From the NCBI RefSeq assembly GCF_021869535.1, contig NW_026262581.1, forward strand, positions 122,202,001 through 122,266,000: 64,000 nt of DNA, written 5' to 3'. Below, piece by piece: positions 24,647-41,723 of this stretch. Origin of the DNA: Mytilus californianus (lineage: Eukaryota). Positions within the stretch are counted from its first letter, which is position 1, and every line of letters begins with the position of its first letter. The position numbers and the translations under genes are program-made. Below the pieces are notes generated by a model that was not told the DNA's origin, did not search any database, and was given only the letters and a program-made list of their open reading frames with translations.

Positions 24647-26276
24647 AACAAGAGTGGACACGCTGAAATGTCTCGCCTTCTTTACTAACCGTTGATATTA
24701 TGTTGATAATCATTAATGAAAGCTTTACTACAACTATTACATAAACTTAACATGATCCAAGAAAATGAAGTCAAGGTCATATAAACCAAACAAGAAATAC
24801 ATGTACACCTTACAATCATTCAATACACTAAATATAGTTGACCTATTGCTTATAGTTTCTAAGAAACAGACTTAACCAAGAAAACTAAACATTGACCAAT
24901 GAATCGTGAAAATGAGGTCAAAGTCAAATGAACCATGCCAGGCAGACATGAACAGCTTACAATCCTTCCATACAACAAATATAGCTGACCTATTGCTTAT
25001 AGTTTAAGAAAAACAGACTGAAACACATAAACTTAACACTGAGCAATGAACTGTGAAAATGAGGTCAAGGTCAAATAAAACCTGCGAGACTGACATGTAC
25101 ATCATAGAATATTTCCATACACCAAATATAGTTGACTTATTGCATAATAGTATAAGAAAAAAGACCAAAACTCAGAAACTAAACTTTGACCACTGAACCA
25201 TGAAAATGAGGTCAAGGTCAGATGACACCTGCCAGTTGGACATGTACACCTTACAATCATTCCATACACCAAATATAGTAGACCTATTGGATAAAGTATA
25301 AGAAAAACGGACCAAAACACAAAAACTTAACTATAACCACTGAACCATGAAAATGAGGTCAAGGTCAGATGACACCTGCCAGTTGGACATGTACACCTTA
25401 CAATCATTCCATACACCAAATATAGTAGACCTATTGGATAAAGTATAAGAAAAACGGACCAAAACACAAAAACTTAACTATAACCACTGAACCATGAAAA
25501 TGAGGTCAAGGTCAGATGACACCTGCCAGTTGGACATGTACACCTTACAATCATTCCATACACCAAATATAATAGACCTATTGCATACAGTATAAGAAAA
25601 ACTTAACTATAACCACTGAACCATGAAAATGAGGTCAAGGTCAGATGACACCGGCCAGTTGGACATGTACACCTTACAATCATTCCATACACCAAATATA
25701 ATAGACCTATTGCATACAGTATAAGAAAAACAGACCAAAACACAAAAACTTAACTATAACCACTGAACCATGAAAATGAGGTCAAGGTCAGATGACACCG
25801 GCCAGTTGGACATGTACACCTTACAGTCCTTCCATACACCAAATATACTAGACCTATTGCTTATAGTATCTGAGATATGGACTTGACCACCAAAACTTAA
25901 CCTTGTTCACTGATCCATGAAATGAGGTCGAGGTCAAGTGAAAACTGTCTGACAGGCATGAGGACCTTGCAAGGTACGCACATACTAAATATAGTTATCC
26001 TATTACTTATAATATGAGAGAATTTAACATTACAAATAATCTGAACTTTTTTTTCAAGTAGTCACTGAACCATGAAAATGAGGTCAAGGAAATTGGACAT
26101 GTGACTGACGGAAACTTCGTAACATGAGGCATCCATATACAAAGTATGAAGCATCCAGGTCTTCCACCTTCTAAAATATAAAGCTTTTAAGAAGTTAGCT
26201 AACGCCGCCGCCGCCGCCGGATCGCTATCCCTATGTCGAGCTTTCTGCGACAAAAGTCGCAGGCTAGACAAAAAAA
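24647..26276 (-). mobile_element. Non-autonomous Helentron/HINE-like element with internal 147-bp satellite
   Basis: One end has TGTCGAGCTTTCTGCGACAAAAGTCGCAGGCTAGACA (hairpin) next to a (GCC)n microsatellite; the other end is AACAAGAGTGGACACGCTGAAATGTCTCGCC. Units CACTGA..CATGAAA start at 25191, 25338, 25485, 25614, 25761, 25908 and 26063. Confidence 0.8.
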
Positions 26277-27161
26277 CCAAACGAAATCTAGAGGTCAACA
26301 AATAGACAAAAGGTTGTACATTATGAAAAGCTCTATATTGCCCCAAGTCAGGAAATTTTTTAAATATATTCAACAGATACTATACTCAATATCTTCCAGG
26401 GTAATGGTCCGTTCGAAACGGTGTGCACATGGTCATATGATACCAAGATATCATACTAATGTAACTTAAGTTTGCCAAAAGATAAAAGATTAATACAATG
26501 CAGTTACGAACGGACTGACAAGGCAACCGGCCTAGTACACATACCTCACCGAGTCATATGGAACGCAGTCATTTAACGCAACTTTTTAAGATCACTCCTT
26601 GAAACGGTTTAGATCCAAAATGCTATGGGGTTTAAGAGAAAGGTTTTTGTATTAGCATACGGCAATTAGGTGAAATTTTAAATAGTCGTTCACTTTCGAA
26701 TCATACCTGTTAAATTTGGAGTTAATGAGATCTAAAAGTTTAAAGATTTTTCACATAGCTATGCAAAGTTCAAATCCGGTGAATGTTGAGCTGGCCTGTC
26801 GATGAGTTAATTTTAGTGAAATATATATAGAACTTTTTTATGGTTTTTTAATTCAGAGATATCAAAATTACTAGATCGTCAATATATGGAATAAAGATAT
26901 CCACCTCACTTTGTGTAAAAGAGAATGAATACAGTTTTACCAGATGATGAAACTAGTTCCAGTTTTTGACAATTTTATCCGGTTTAGCTAATATCTCCTG
27001 AAAGACCGTAATTTTCATTTATTTCTTTTTACAAAAATCAGCACACTCCCCTTTTCCTTAATATTGACCACTCAAATATGTCTTCTCAAATACTTTAGTA
27101 GTAATTTCATTTCCATTTATATAGACCTTTAAAACCAAAAAAAAAATAGGGAGTCTTAGAT

Positions 27162-27281
27162 CGACAAGTGTATGTGTGGAGGTTGAGAGACATTTGACCG
27201 ACAAGTGTGTGTGTGTGTGTGCGGGGGTTGGGAGTCATTGGACCGACAAGTGTATGTGTTGAGGTTGTGAGTCATTTGACT
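27162..27281. repeat. Short imperfect tandem repeat containing (GT)n, downstream of tubulin A
   Basis: Three copies of CGACAAGTGT(A/G)TGTGT..GGTTG.GAG.CATT.GAC. Confidence 0.65.
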
Positions 27282-27476
27282 ATAAGTTAAATCAGGCAAT
27301 GTTTGGGTTGAAAATTAACAAATGAAAAAATGCAATTGTCAATATTCTTTGTCCAAGTTGAGCTATTATGATTGGTATTTTCAACTCAGTGACAAGTAAT
27401 AATTTGTTGAATAATTTTAATAGTTACTACTTGGTAACAAATTATAATGTTCTTTGCTGTTATTTAAACTGTTCAT

Positions 27477-31175
<3,699 letters not shown>

Positions 31176-31256
31176 TTTTCTAGAGTATATATGTTACCAA
31201 GTAAATAAAAACAAAGATACAGCTCAGGGTGAGTATGATGCGTCACGTTGAGCAAT

Positions 31257-31297
31257 AACTGACATCTGGCTGATTTGTTAGATACTTACTTATATAT
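31257..31297 (-). promoter_or_regulatory. Putative TATA box and Inr of tubulin A
   Basis: On the minus strand TATATAAG (31296-31289) lies about 35 nt before TCAGTT (31262-31257), and about 85 nt of putative 5'UTR precede the ATG. Confidence 0.5.
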
Positions 31298-33234
31298 GAA
31301 TCAGGGGGTCGTTATGGTAGCATGGATTTAAAGGTCTATCGATCAGTTCATTTTTGCTTTCGGCAAGGCCAAACAAAGTTAATATAGTTATGTTTAGGAA
31401 TAACAGCTGTTTACTAGTAATTAAATTAACTAATTTTTTTTCAGCTTTAAATATTTGGTAAAGCTTTTTGTTTTGACATGTTATCGTATTATCATTATTA
31501 TTTTAACAAACGTAAGTTTAAAATTCAAATAAAAATAACAAATATACATGTAGATGCGTTCATTTTTATACGTATGTGAATAAAACGAGGTGTGGTGTAT
31601 ACGTCAATGAGACTGCAACCCAATAATATAAAAATAACCAAGATTCCAATATAAAGTCTTTATAACAAGAAGATATATGTGTCTGTAATATGTCAAGCTC
31701 TAAATCAACTGAATTCTAGAAAAGTAGGGAGAGTATGTCATAGATCTGCCATCAAAACAGAATCCCCCCAAAAAGAAACACATCATATATGACAAAAGAC
31801 AATCTGTTTGGAACAAGTACTAGTTCTTTAAAAATCTTTTGCAATTATGATTCGAATCGATGATACAACTTGAAGCATACAATTTATTCGAGAAAATTGT
31901 AAGCAAATATTATACATTAAAATTGATTTTAAAAAGCTGTGATTAAAATTATTCTGCAGCTACATTAAAAATGCTTGGCCTATTTAATTTTTCTCCAAAT
32001 TACAAAATATATTCAAAATTTGGCCACCTTTGTTCTTGCAAAATATTTGTCTCACGTTCAACAATGCAAACAATATTTGTAAAAATCCATAAGATCTATA
32101 GAATGTTTATTGACGTTAAATTGTCAGATTACATACAAATTTTATATTAATGCGATTCAAAGCTGGAGGTTTACATTTAAAATTTAGCATTGATACTATA
32201 CAAAGCTTTACATTTAAATGTGTAGTTGATAATATCCTTCCAAACTTTAAAATAAGACAATCCCATATTTTACATTGTAAAACTTTAAATATCTGTGCAA
32301 AATCTATACTTCATATTTACCAACAATAAACAAATACATTTTTGTCGTGTAACTATGTATTTGCGTGTGAATTCCTCCGTCTGACAAGCGTATATTGTTT
32401 CATTTGAACTTCTATTGACAAATTGTCAAACTCCGCTGACTAGCAACCAAGAAATAGTAACGTTCCTCTCCGTTAGTATCTGAATTGTATAATTCTGGTG
32501 GTCGTTAATTACTAAAACATAATTATTTTAATTGAAGGTTATTTGTCATTAAAATCACGACCAATTACACAGAAAAAAAGTATTAGAAATACATATTTTC
32601 CTGTTACATTATATACAGTTATTTTTTTTTTAATTTAATACTAATTAAGGCGATATACAGTGTAGTGGGTCAATGTCAGAAAAATATCCACTTTTTTGTA
32701 CGAGGCTAAGAAATTGGAGAAGGACGAGGTTTACATTGACTTGCAGAAATATTGTTTTATACTGCAGCTAAAAATTGCTACTATTATATTTATGAAAATG
32801 CTGACATAAAAAAAAACGTATTTTCCATCCCTAACCGAACAACTACCAGATTGTGAAGAAATGACGACCGAGACATGAAATCGACATTGCACGAACTATC
32901 CCTTTACTACTATATTTGGTAAATGACAATAGGAAGTGTTCCAGCTACACTATATAAGGCTTACCCACTTATTATACTTTTCACATGCTTTTTTTCCCTT
33001 TCCAAACTTTTGTCTCGAGAGTACATATTAAATTTTTTTCAAAAAACACGTGACATCCACAGGGATCTTGGTATCTAAAGTCATCTATAACTGTTACAAT
33101 GAAATGTATGAAATTTATATAGGCCAGAGACTTTTAAATGAAAACGTTCAATTGTGGTCTTACGGCGCACTGGTGAGGTTTCAGGTCAAAGACAGATGTG
33201 TCCTACATTTATCATAACAGACCACCCTTATTAA

Positions 33235-33623
33235 AGGGGCATTATCTGTCAAATTCATGTTCACCGATTTGACTCAAATTCAACTTATAACATACTAAAA
33301 CGCATATCCAAATTATAAAAAGTCTAAAATTAACAATTTACGATGCATAGACTCGACAGTGTATGTCAACATTTCGTGTGTATTTTAGTCTAGACGCCAT
33401 CTAATTAACCATCGAGGTGATCTAAGTTCACATGAATACGGATTCAATGAGGTCGAATTATTCACTTGCAAATGAATAATTCATTAGCGATCTTTCTTTG
33501 CTTAATTTGACAAAACTGAACCAAACAGGCTGTTACAAGCGAATTATTATTTCACTATTTCATTTTCATTAATAATTGAACAAAAAAAATCATATTTTAT
33601 TTTTTTTATATCTCGTAGCCCCT
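33235..33623. mobile_element. TTAA-flanked MITE (Kolobok-like termini)
   Basis: TTAA|AGGGGC ... GCCCCT|TTAA. A TTAA target duplication with purine-starting termini fits Kolobok better than piggyBac. Confidence 0.6.
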
Positions 33624-34829
33624 TTAAGTAAAATAATATAAACATGCATTTTGGCTTGATTGTGACAAAAGGGAAAATTCCTAACAAAATTTAATCTTAC
33701 TTTGTTCCTTTGACATAATTTTCTAAAGATCCAAAATAAATAATCTTGCAGATGAAGAAATTCACTATTGACAACAGTTAACTTTAATACCTTAATGCTT
33801 TAGAAGGTTTTTTTTATCACAGTTAGTAATTTCATCGGTTTGTGTTATGCTATTTATCACTTTTCAATGCAGAATTAAATTATATTAATAAATAAAAACA
33901 GTGTTGTTTTTTGGCCTTCCCTAGTGCCTCAACGAAGACCTTTATATTGAGATAGCATAAATCAGTCTCTGACAAGTTTTAAAACAACTTAAAATGGTCC
34001 CAAGGTATTTAAGATAAACATAAGGACAACTGTAAGAACACATTCGTTAAACAGATTTATGGATAAGAAGTCAATAAAAAGGAGTGACCAATTTGACGTT
34101 ATAGATTCGTTACTTTGGTTTTTAAAACATTCATTGAATGTGAACAATTTGTCTAATTATGCTATGCTATTTTCAATTAAAAGAAATGAATAGCTGTTCC
34201 CTTTCTGTAATAAAGATAATACAATTCAAGAAGAATATAACGTATTTGAAAACAGGGACGTTTTTATCAAATTCTCCCGTAAAATTCAGTTGGTCACGGA
34301 TACATACTGTCTATGTAAATGTATATTTGAATAGTTTAGAACTTCAAGTACTAAACTGCCTTGTAAATATATAAAGTATGATGGCAGTAAAACTTCAACA
34401 TGAGGTACAGATTCTTTACAGCTATTTAATTGAATGTTTATAACTGAGAAGTTTTAATCAGCAACGCCCATAACTATGAACTAGCCTTGTAAATCCTGGC
34501 GGCGTAACTAAACCATATTCATCTTGTGTAATATGCTTTGCCTTTTCTTCCTTCACACAAGTCATTATCTATAGTATTTAATATTGATTATTTATCTCAC
34601 CAGTATTGATTAAAAATTATCTAGACATGACTGTACAGCCTATACTTGAACAAAAAAGTTAAGTAGTTTAAATAAACCTTGTGCATTGACAACGATCAAG
34701 TAAACCTTTTTCATTTCTATTTTTACACATTACGCAACAGTTCTATTGAAAGATACTAGTTTGGCACATGTTTATATTCAACTTTGTTCGCAATGTTTGT
34801 CTTCCCTACGAAGAACCTAAATAAAAAGT

Positions 34830-35160
34830 AATTAACAATTAGTTCGATCACTGATATTCAAAATCGCAAATCCATTTGGAATAGCGTCAGTACCTATACC
34901 AAACAAGAAAGAAAAAAACCGCATGAACTGCAAACGAAGCGATACAAGAGAGTGAGAGTAAGCATCTCCTGATATGCATGCAACACCCGCCATGTCAAAC
35001 CAAACTCGACAAAGAATGTCACGAGAAGAAAAGAGACACCATCTGTAAATCTTTACCAGACGACTATTCTGGTGTGTTAAGATCCAAGACTTCGAATCAT
35101 ACATTTCGTATAGGCCAACCACTTCGTGATGGAAAAAATACGTTTTCTTGTAAGCCTTAA
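34830..35160 (-). mobile_element. Highly decayed Penelope-like element 3' fragment
   Basis: Minus-strand AYKKTYFFHHEVVGLYEM resembles the PLE RT C-terminus, followed by GGCGGGTGTTGCATGCATATCAGGAGATGCTTACTC, which resembles a 3'UTR. Confidence 0.4.
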
Positions 35161-35879
35161 CAATACAAAATTTTAATGCTTTAAGCCCGTCTAGTGTTCA
35201 TGCTTCAAACATTATATATACACTGAGTGCCAATAGAAACGCAACCCCTACATGTATTTTCCATTTAATAAAAATTCAAACCGACATATCTTCCTTGGAA
35301 ATAGACCAATCGTTCTAAGATTTTGAAGACTCCGTTGGATACAGCACATTATCGGCCATTTTCCGTTTTTTTTTTTTTTTAATTTCCGATTTTAACATTT
35401 AAGAACTCCACATTTTAAACAACTTCGATGAATTGCGATAAAAGTTGATAAAATAACACACTGATAAAGTAACATGTAGTAAAATGATTGAGGAATGCAT
35501 CAAATAAACGTGTGTATTGTTATTTAAAAAGGACCAAATGGGGATTGGACTATGATATGTTGCATTTCTATGGGCACTCAGTATTAATATGACTTCCCAA
35601 ACGTTTGGTCTGAGCAGTCCTGGATAAGAATATGTATTTGTCACTGAAACAGGTATTGCACGTTCATTCATATATCTCATCCCCACTTTCACCTTTGTAT
35701 ATATAGGTTGAGGTCGCTTGTAATGACACCTTTTCTTCTAGTCAGTACAAGAAATTGTCACTTGACCTTGACTCATTCGCACGTTCCAATAGTCATATTA
35801 CGTTTTTATTTGCATCATATCCTTTTGGCAAACACTGAGTGCATGTTCAGCAGCGCCGGCATATAGAGTATTATCTCCC

Positions 35880-36620
35880 AGTTGATTCAATTTTCTAGAG
35901 CTTGCATTTCCTATCATGATTTCCTTTATAGAGGATTACAATGCTACTTACAAGGAAGCTATGAAAACAAGAGTTCCAAGTGGTGTTGTAGTAATCCCTT
36001 CGAAAATTTTAAGGACGCCATCTCGAGATTGTTGGCCGTTATGGAATATATCTGTTTCACAGAAGACGATGGATATGTTCCAATTGTCGTAACCATAACC
36101 CCGTCCTCTTTTTTGCGAATTAGACTTGTCACCGGACAACTCTCCAAAAGAGACCAAATGACACAGAAATTAACAACTATAGGTCACCGTACGGCCTTCA
36201 ACAATGAGCAAAGCCCATACCGTATAGTCAGCTATAAAAGGCCCCGAAATGACAAATGTAAAACAATTCAAACGAGAAAACGAACGGCCTAATTTATGCA
36301 CAAAATAATGAACGAAAAACAAATATGTTACACAGCAACAAACGACAACCACTGAATAACAGGCTCCTGACTTGGGACAGGCACATACAGAATGTGGCGG
36401 GGTTAAACTAGTTTGAAGGCCCTTATGGAATATCCGTTTCACAGAAGACGATGGATATGTTCCAATTGTCGTAACCTTAATCCCGTCCTCTTTTTTTTAA
36501 TGCGACCTACCGAATTAGACTTATCACCGAGTTTATACTTCCATGTGCAACACGACGACGGATGCCGCCTCATCTGGAGCACCTGAGACCCCCTCCCCCT
36601 CCTGTTTTTTTGACTTATGA
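35880..36620 (+). mobile_element. Decayed Penelope-like RT C-terminal fragment with ~100-bp direct repeats flanking an inserted terminal-repeat copy
   Basis: LIQFSRACISYHDFLYRG is a PLE thumb motif. 36038-36134 is repeated at 36423-36529. 36136-36415 is the same dispersed repeat as 22385-22700. Confidence 0.7.
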
Positions 36621-37045
36621 GTTTGAATATTCCGTTGGTATCTTCCGCCTTTCTCTTCGAACTAAAGCACATTTATGACCAAAAGATGCATAAAGATAAG
36701 ACATAGATTTCCACTAAAACCATTTTAGACAGAACATGTGGCAAATGTTTCAAACAAAAAACTATTCAGTTTTATTGAAAACGGATGACTGCGAAATATT
36801 TAAAAAAAAACCGATTACTATTAAATGGGTCTTTTGTGTCTTTTGTTATTTTGTTGATTGATTTTCGCGCTTTATTCCATTCTAATGAGTCTAGCGCTTT
36901 TATCTGACTTTAACAGTTTGTTTACATGTTGTACTGTTACACTACTGTCCAAGGCTAGGAAGAGGGCTGAGCGTAGAAACCATTTTTAACCCGTAGTTAA
37001 GTGGTTGTCGTTGGTTGCCGTCTGTCATAGTTGTTTTTTTGTTAA

Positions 37046-37413
37046 GGTCAAGGAAAAGTAAATGGGCTTTGTCATTGATTTTGATAAAATTTTGCTATAC
37101 AACTTTGGCTCTATGAACTATAAGAGAAAATCGAAAAAAAATATTTACATATTGTAACGGGGCTTTATTTACCGTATAAACTGTCACATTAATCAAGATG
37201 AAAGATCATTAAACTGATTAAGTATTGGCCATCAAATCTTTGATGTAATTGACCACGCCACAATATATTGAAAGAATTCAATCAGTAATATTTAATAAAA
37301 TAAAAGGGATGAAAGCATTATTTTTTTCCATTTTCAATAATAGTTCAACGAGCCAAAGGTGTATGCAAATTTTACTAAAATCAGTGAAATAGCCCATTTA
37401 CTGTCACTTGATC
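37046..37413. mobile_element. TTAA-flanked MITE with long imperfect TIRs, same family as the 60-kb palindrome
   Basis: TTAA|GGTCAAG..TAAATGGGCT... and ...AGCCCATTTA..CTTGATC|TTAA. The arms align by eye with 60024-60549. Confidence 0.7.
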
Positions 37414-37685
37414 TTAACAAAAAACAACTATGACAGACAGTAGTGGAACAGTACAACATTTGAATAAGTTCAGTAGTCGGTACTTCAATACTGACATGAT
37501 TTATAACAAACCGTTCTAAAATTGTCCGTTTATAAATTTCGAAATTAAAAAAGAAACTAAGATTTCAACTCCCTCAGGAAGATATGACCTTAGATTGATT
37601 TGGGTATTTTTTAGATCCTTTTGATCATATAGCTCTTCAACGGTTTCGGTTTTTATTCATCCTTGGCTACCAAATATTTGGCTTT

Positions 37686-37731
37686 GAGCGTTCCTGATGA
37701 AGGTAAATCCAGAAAAGCGCTGCGGATGCAT
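37686..37731 (+). ncRNA. Minimal type I hammerhead ribozyme remnant with mutated cleavage site
   Basis: Stem I GCGTTC/GGATGC, CTGATGA (37694-37700), short stem II GG-TAAAT-CC, GAAA (37712-37715) and palindromic stem III AGCGCT. The expected UH position reads GC. Confidence 0.55.
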
Positions 37732-40387
37732 GACATTTATAGCGTGTTGTTTTCATTTTTTTTACCTTTTAAAAATGTTATGAGCTTAAATCAGACTATT
37801 GAACGGTTTCTCAGTTTTGCTCATTGTTAAAGGTCGTATGGTGAAATGCAGAATTTCACAATCCTGGTTTTTGGTGTATATTCTTATTGGCAATCATACA
37901 CTTCCTTATTTATAGTTTAACTAGATTATATTCAACGAAAGAATAAAAATAATACTTTTAAATTACGCACAACAGACAACATATAATCATACTACATGTA
38001 TATAATACGGTGTCAAAGAATAATTGTTATTGAAGGCATTTTCATGTTGTTGTTTTTTTTTATATATTTGTTGATAGTTGAAATACTCTTTAAGGAATCG
38101 TGTGTTACCTATTGCTAGGCAAAACAATCTTGACTTCTTTTTTCAGCTGCAGCTCAAATTTTCAGATCTTCAATTTGGTTTACCAGCTTTGCAGAGCATA
38201 TGATTTAATTGTTATTTAAATTGTTCTTGTCCTCAATGCGCATGATATATTTTCAACTGGACAACAATAATCAAGCAATCAACCAGATTCTAATTTGTGA
38301 TTTAACTTATTTTACTATCCTATGATGACGTAGAGATCGCTTCAATCAGAAACCTTTAGTTATTCGAGAGTTGTTTGTAAAGTCGATACAATAAAGATTA
38401 ATTTTGTTTGCTCTGTACAAAAGTGTATCAAGGAAAATTTCTTCAATTTTTGTTTCTTGAATATATTTTAGTTAATACGAATGGCCGTTTTAAAACATTA
38501 TGTTATTATATTACAGCCGCGGATGAAAAAGGGGTGGTGAAAAAGAATGTGTGTGTGTTCAAGCCTAATTTTCGTCGATTTTTTCGCGATTAAATTCAAT
38601 ATTCGAACAAAGAGGGATTCAAACCCCTACACACCCCTTTCACATGGATTAACAGATGTATTGACATAAAACTTCTCTCATTATATGCATATGTATATAT
38701 GTGTTTACACTGCGTGAAACGTATTCTTAGTATATAAATTCTATAAAAGCGAATTTCGTTTGGAATGTTCTCTAGGCTAATAAAAATGGCATATTATTTC
38801 AAGTAAAGCTATTATTGTGATACTTTATGTCATTAAACACGTTAGCAATCTATATTTGTAAACAGAATTTTATATGCAAGCAATATAATTCCCCGAGTAA
38901 ACAGAAATAAAAACTTGATAAAAGGAATATGAAAATGTAAAGTTCTCTTAAGATTTATGACCACCCCTTAATAGATTTATTACAAAAAATTTATTAATAC
39001 CAATGCAATCTGTCCAAAAAATAAATAAAATAATATTAGTGACCACCTTTTATTCATTTTTGAAATTAATGTTAGATTTTTACTCTGAGGTTTATGTTCT
39101 GTTGGTTTTTTCTTATAGGTAATCACAGAGATAAGCTTGGAGACAACAACCCATCAACAAAGGACTTACTTGTATTATTAAAATACTATGAAATCATATT
39201 TATGAATTACATGGTCAATATCAGGGTTTTCTAAACTATCCAGAATAAAAATATAGAATATTTTATTGTTCCAATTAAGGGCCCTTGATGGGCAGCATTT
39301 CATATGATTTGTAACAAAAAACCTTTTTTTTTAACATTGAAATGAAATATTAAATGTTCATATAGTTATAGAGCTACATGTATTTCTTCATCTTATATAA
39401 ATCATGTACATTTATTCCAGGCAGGACCAGAACCTTAAAATCATTACAATAATCATCGTTATTACGTATATTGATTGACGTTTCGTCTAATACTGGACAT
39501 TTAATTAAAATAATTCCCTTAATATTGTAGGACACACAAATTTCTATTAGTAAATAACCAAACAAATTTTGCCTCATTTGAGAGATCTGAAAAGTTATGA
39601 AAAATATTGTTTATCTCCTTGAAAAATATTGTTTATCTCCTTGAAAAATATCTCCTTATCAATATTGTATGCTGGACAACTAGTAATAATATGTCGATCA
39701 TCTTCAAATAAATTAAGGGTTGATGATTGGGGATTTTACCGACCTTGACTGGCTATAAAGCCCTCGCACGGTCGGTAATAAATTAAGGGTAAAATATATG
39801 TGACGTTGTTGTATGCAATCTATTTCGAAGTTTAGTGGTTAATATAATGCAGTGCAAGAGCAATACTTCATGAGTATGTATCATTAAATTTTGTCCCCAT
39901 CTTAGAAAAATATCCAAAGAAGAACAAAATTCCTTATAAAATGTTGGACAATATTTCATAGATTGATAGTAACGACATTTTGTCTTGTTAAAGGGAGGTT
40001 ATCCAAAGTAATATTTTGTGTATATTGAGTGAATACTTCATTTTTATTTTTTTGTTTTATTGATAATTACAAATATATATTGTAAGTGATTACCAGTGCT
40101 GTATCTAAACAGAAGAACATGAAACAATTAACATGTTTGACTATTTATAAAGGCAAATTTGAAATTTAAAATATATGTTTGTTTGGTATATAAAATATTT
40201 GCCTTACAACATATTTTCAGTTATGTATAAAAAAAAATGCGCATGCTTCATGCATTTGTACTGTACACGAGAATTATTTGATGCAGCATTTAACGGTTCT
40301 ACACAAACTTTTCAAGGATTCCAGAAACACTCTCAAAATTTCATAGCACAGGAATACTCAGAGAAGACATACTTTGATTAGGAAATA

Positions 40388-40525
40388 CAGGGGCGGATCC
40401 AGCCATTTTTAAAAAGGGGGGGGGGGGGGGGGGGTTCCAACTATATGTCCCCTTTCAAATGCATTCATCGTCAAAAAAAGGGGGGTTCCAACCCCCGAAC
40501 CCCCCCCCCCCTGGATCCACCACTG
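40388..40525. mobile_element. Short MITE with TIRs CAGGGGCGGATCCAG / CTGGATCCACCACTG
   Basis: Inverted termini with a TA-like flank. A closely similar copy lies at 56337-56465. Confidence 0.8.
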
Positions 40526-40599
40526 CAATATTGTCATGGACAGAAATTCATAGTAAAATTAAAAACCAATTGTTCTCTCTTTCCACATCAATTTTCTAA

Positions 40600-41723
40600 A
40601 TTATTGATGAGAAGCTACTTCCGGTTTACTCAAAGTAACTATTGGCGTCCAAGCATAGGTTTTTCATACTGATTCAATAAATAAATGTTTCTATATATTT
40701 TTTGCCTGAACTAAGGGAGATAATTGTCAACTTCCGGTTTTATAAATGTCACGTCCGGTCTCACATGATAGCTTTATTTACACTGATTCCAAAAATATAT
40801 GGTTTCAATATACTTTTCCCTGTAATAATGGAGATGTTAGGTACTTCCGGTTAAGTGAAGGTCACTTCCTGTCTCAAATGATAGGTTTATGTATGCATAT
40901 TTAAAAAACATTTAGTTTCTAGGTACTTTTTCATGAAATAAGTGCAAACATGGCTACTTCCGGTTTACTCAAGGTCACTTCCGGTTGATATTTTTCAAGG
41001 TCATATGTCAACCAACAGTTTGCAAAAGACCCTATGGCTTTATCATGTACCAAGTTGGAGAAATAATCAATCAACCTTAAATTGAATCATTTTAGGGACA
41101 ATAACTCCTACAAGATGTCATTGGATTGTTTCAGACCAAATGTATCATATCTTCGTCACAATGAGGCAAATATTTTGCATTAGTTCTTTTAAATATATCT
41201 CTAAGATTGTCAGACGAGATCTCCGAACAATGAAAAGTCAAAATCTAGAACATGACCTTGACCTCAAATTTATTTTTATGAACCCAGGACCTCAAATACA
41301 CGTACCTTAGGTCTGTATTACTTACCATTCATGTGATACATTGACATATCTCTTATGTCAAATTCAAAAGGGGAAATAACTGGCATATGGAGTCTACGAA
41401 TTGATTCGGTTAAAATTTGACAAATCATCCTGAGAATATAACGAGCAATTTAGTAAAATAAATTTGTCGCGTTCTTTTACGGTTACGGAGGAGATCTCAC
41501 CACAAAGAAAACAGTGTTTGGGGCGATAACTCTTACAATAAAAAGTTTTCGACTAAACAGGGTCAGTCTCAAAAGCGCAATAACTGTTCGATATCATATG
41601 CAAAAAATCTAAGAGACATCTTGAGAAACTACAAAAACAAGTTTTGAAATTTGGCGGAAGAAGAACAAAAATAATCAGAACAAATACAATAGGTCTTTCC
41701 ACAAAATAGTGGAAAGACCTAAT
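40600..41723 (-). mobile_element. Non-autonomous Helentron/HINE-like element with 113-bp internal periodicity
   Basis: Terminal hairpin AGGTCTTTCCAC-AAAATA-GTGGAAAGACCT (41691-41720) next to a (GAA)n stretch. CTTCCGG unit starts at 40618, 40731, 40844 and 40957. The left boundary is uncertain. Confidence 0.6.

Noticed and set aside
40405-40512. Long G and C homopolymers as G-quadruplex regulators
   Set aside because: They are internal to a common MITE, and run lengths differ between the two copies and are unreliable in assemblies.
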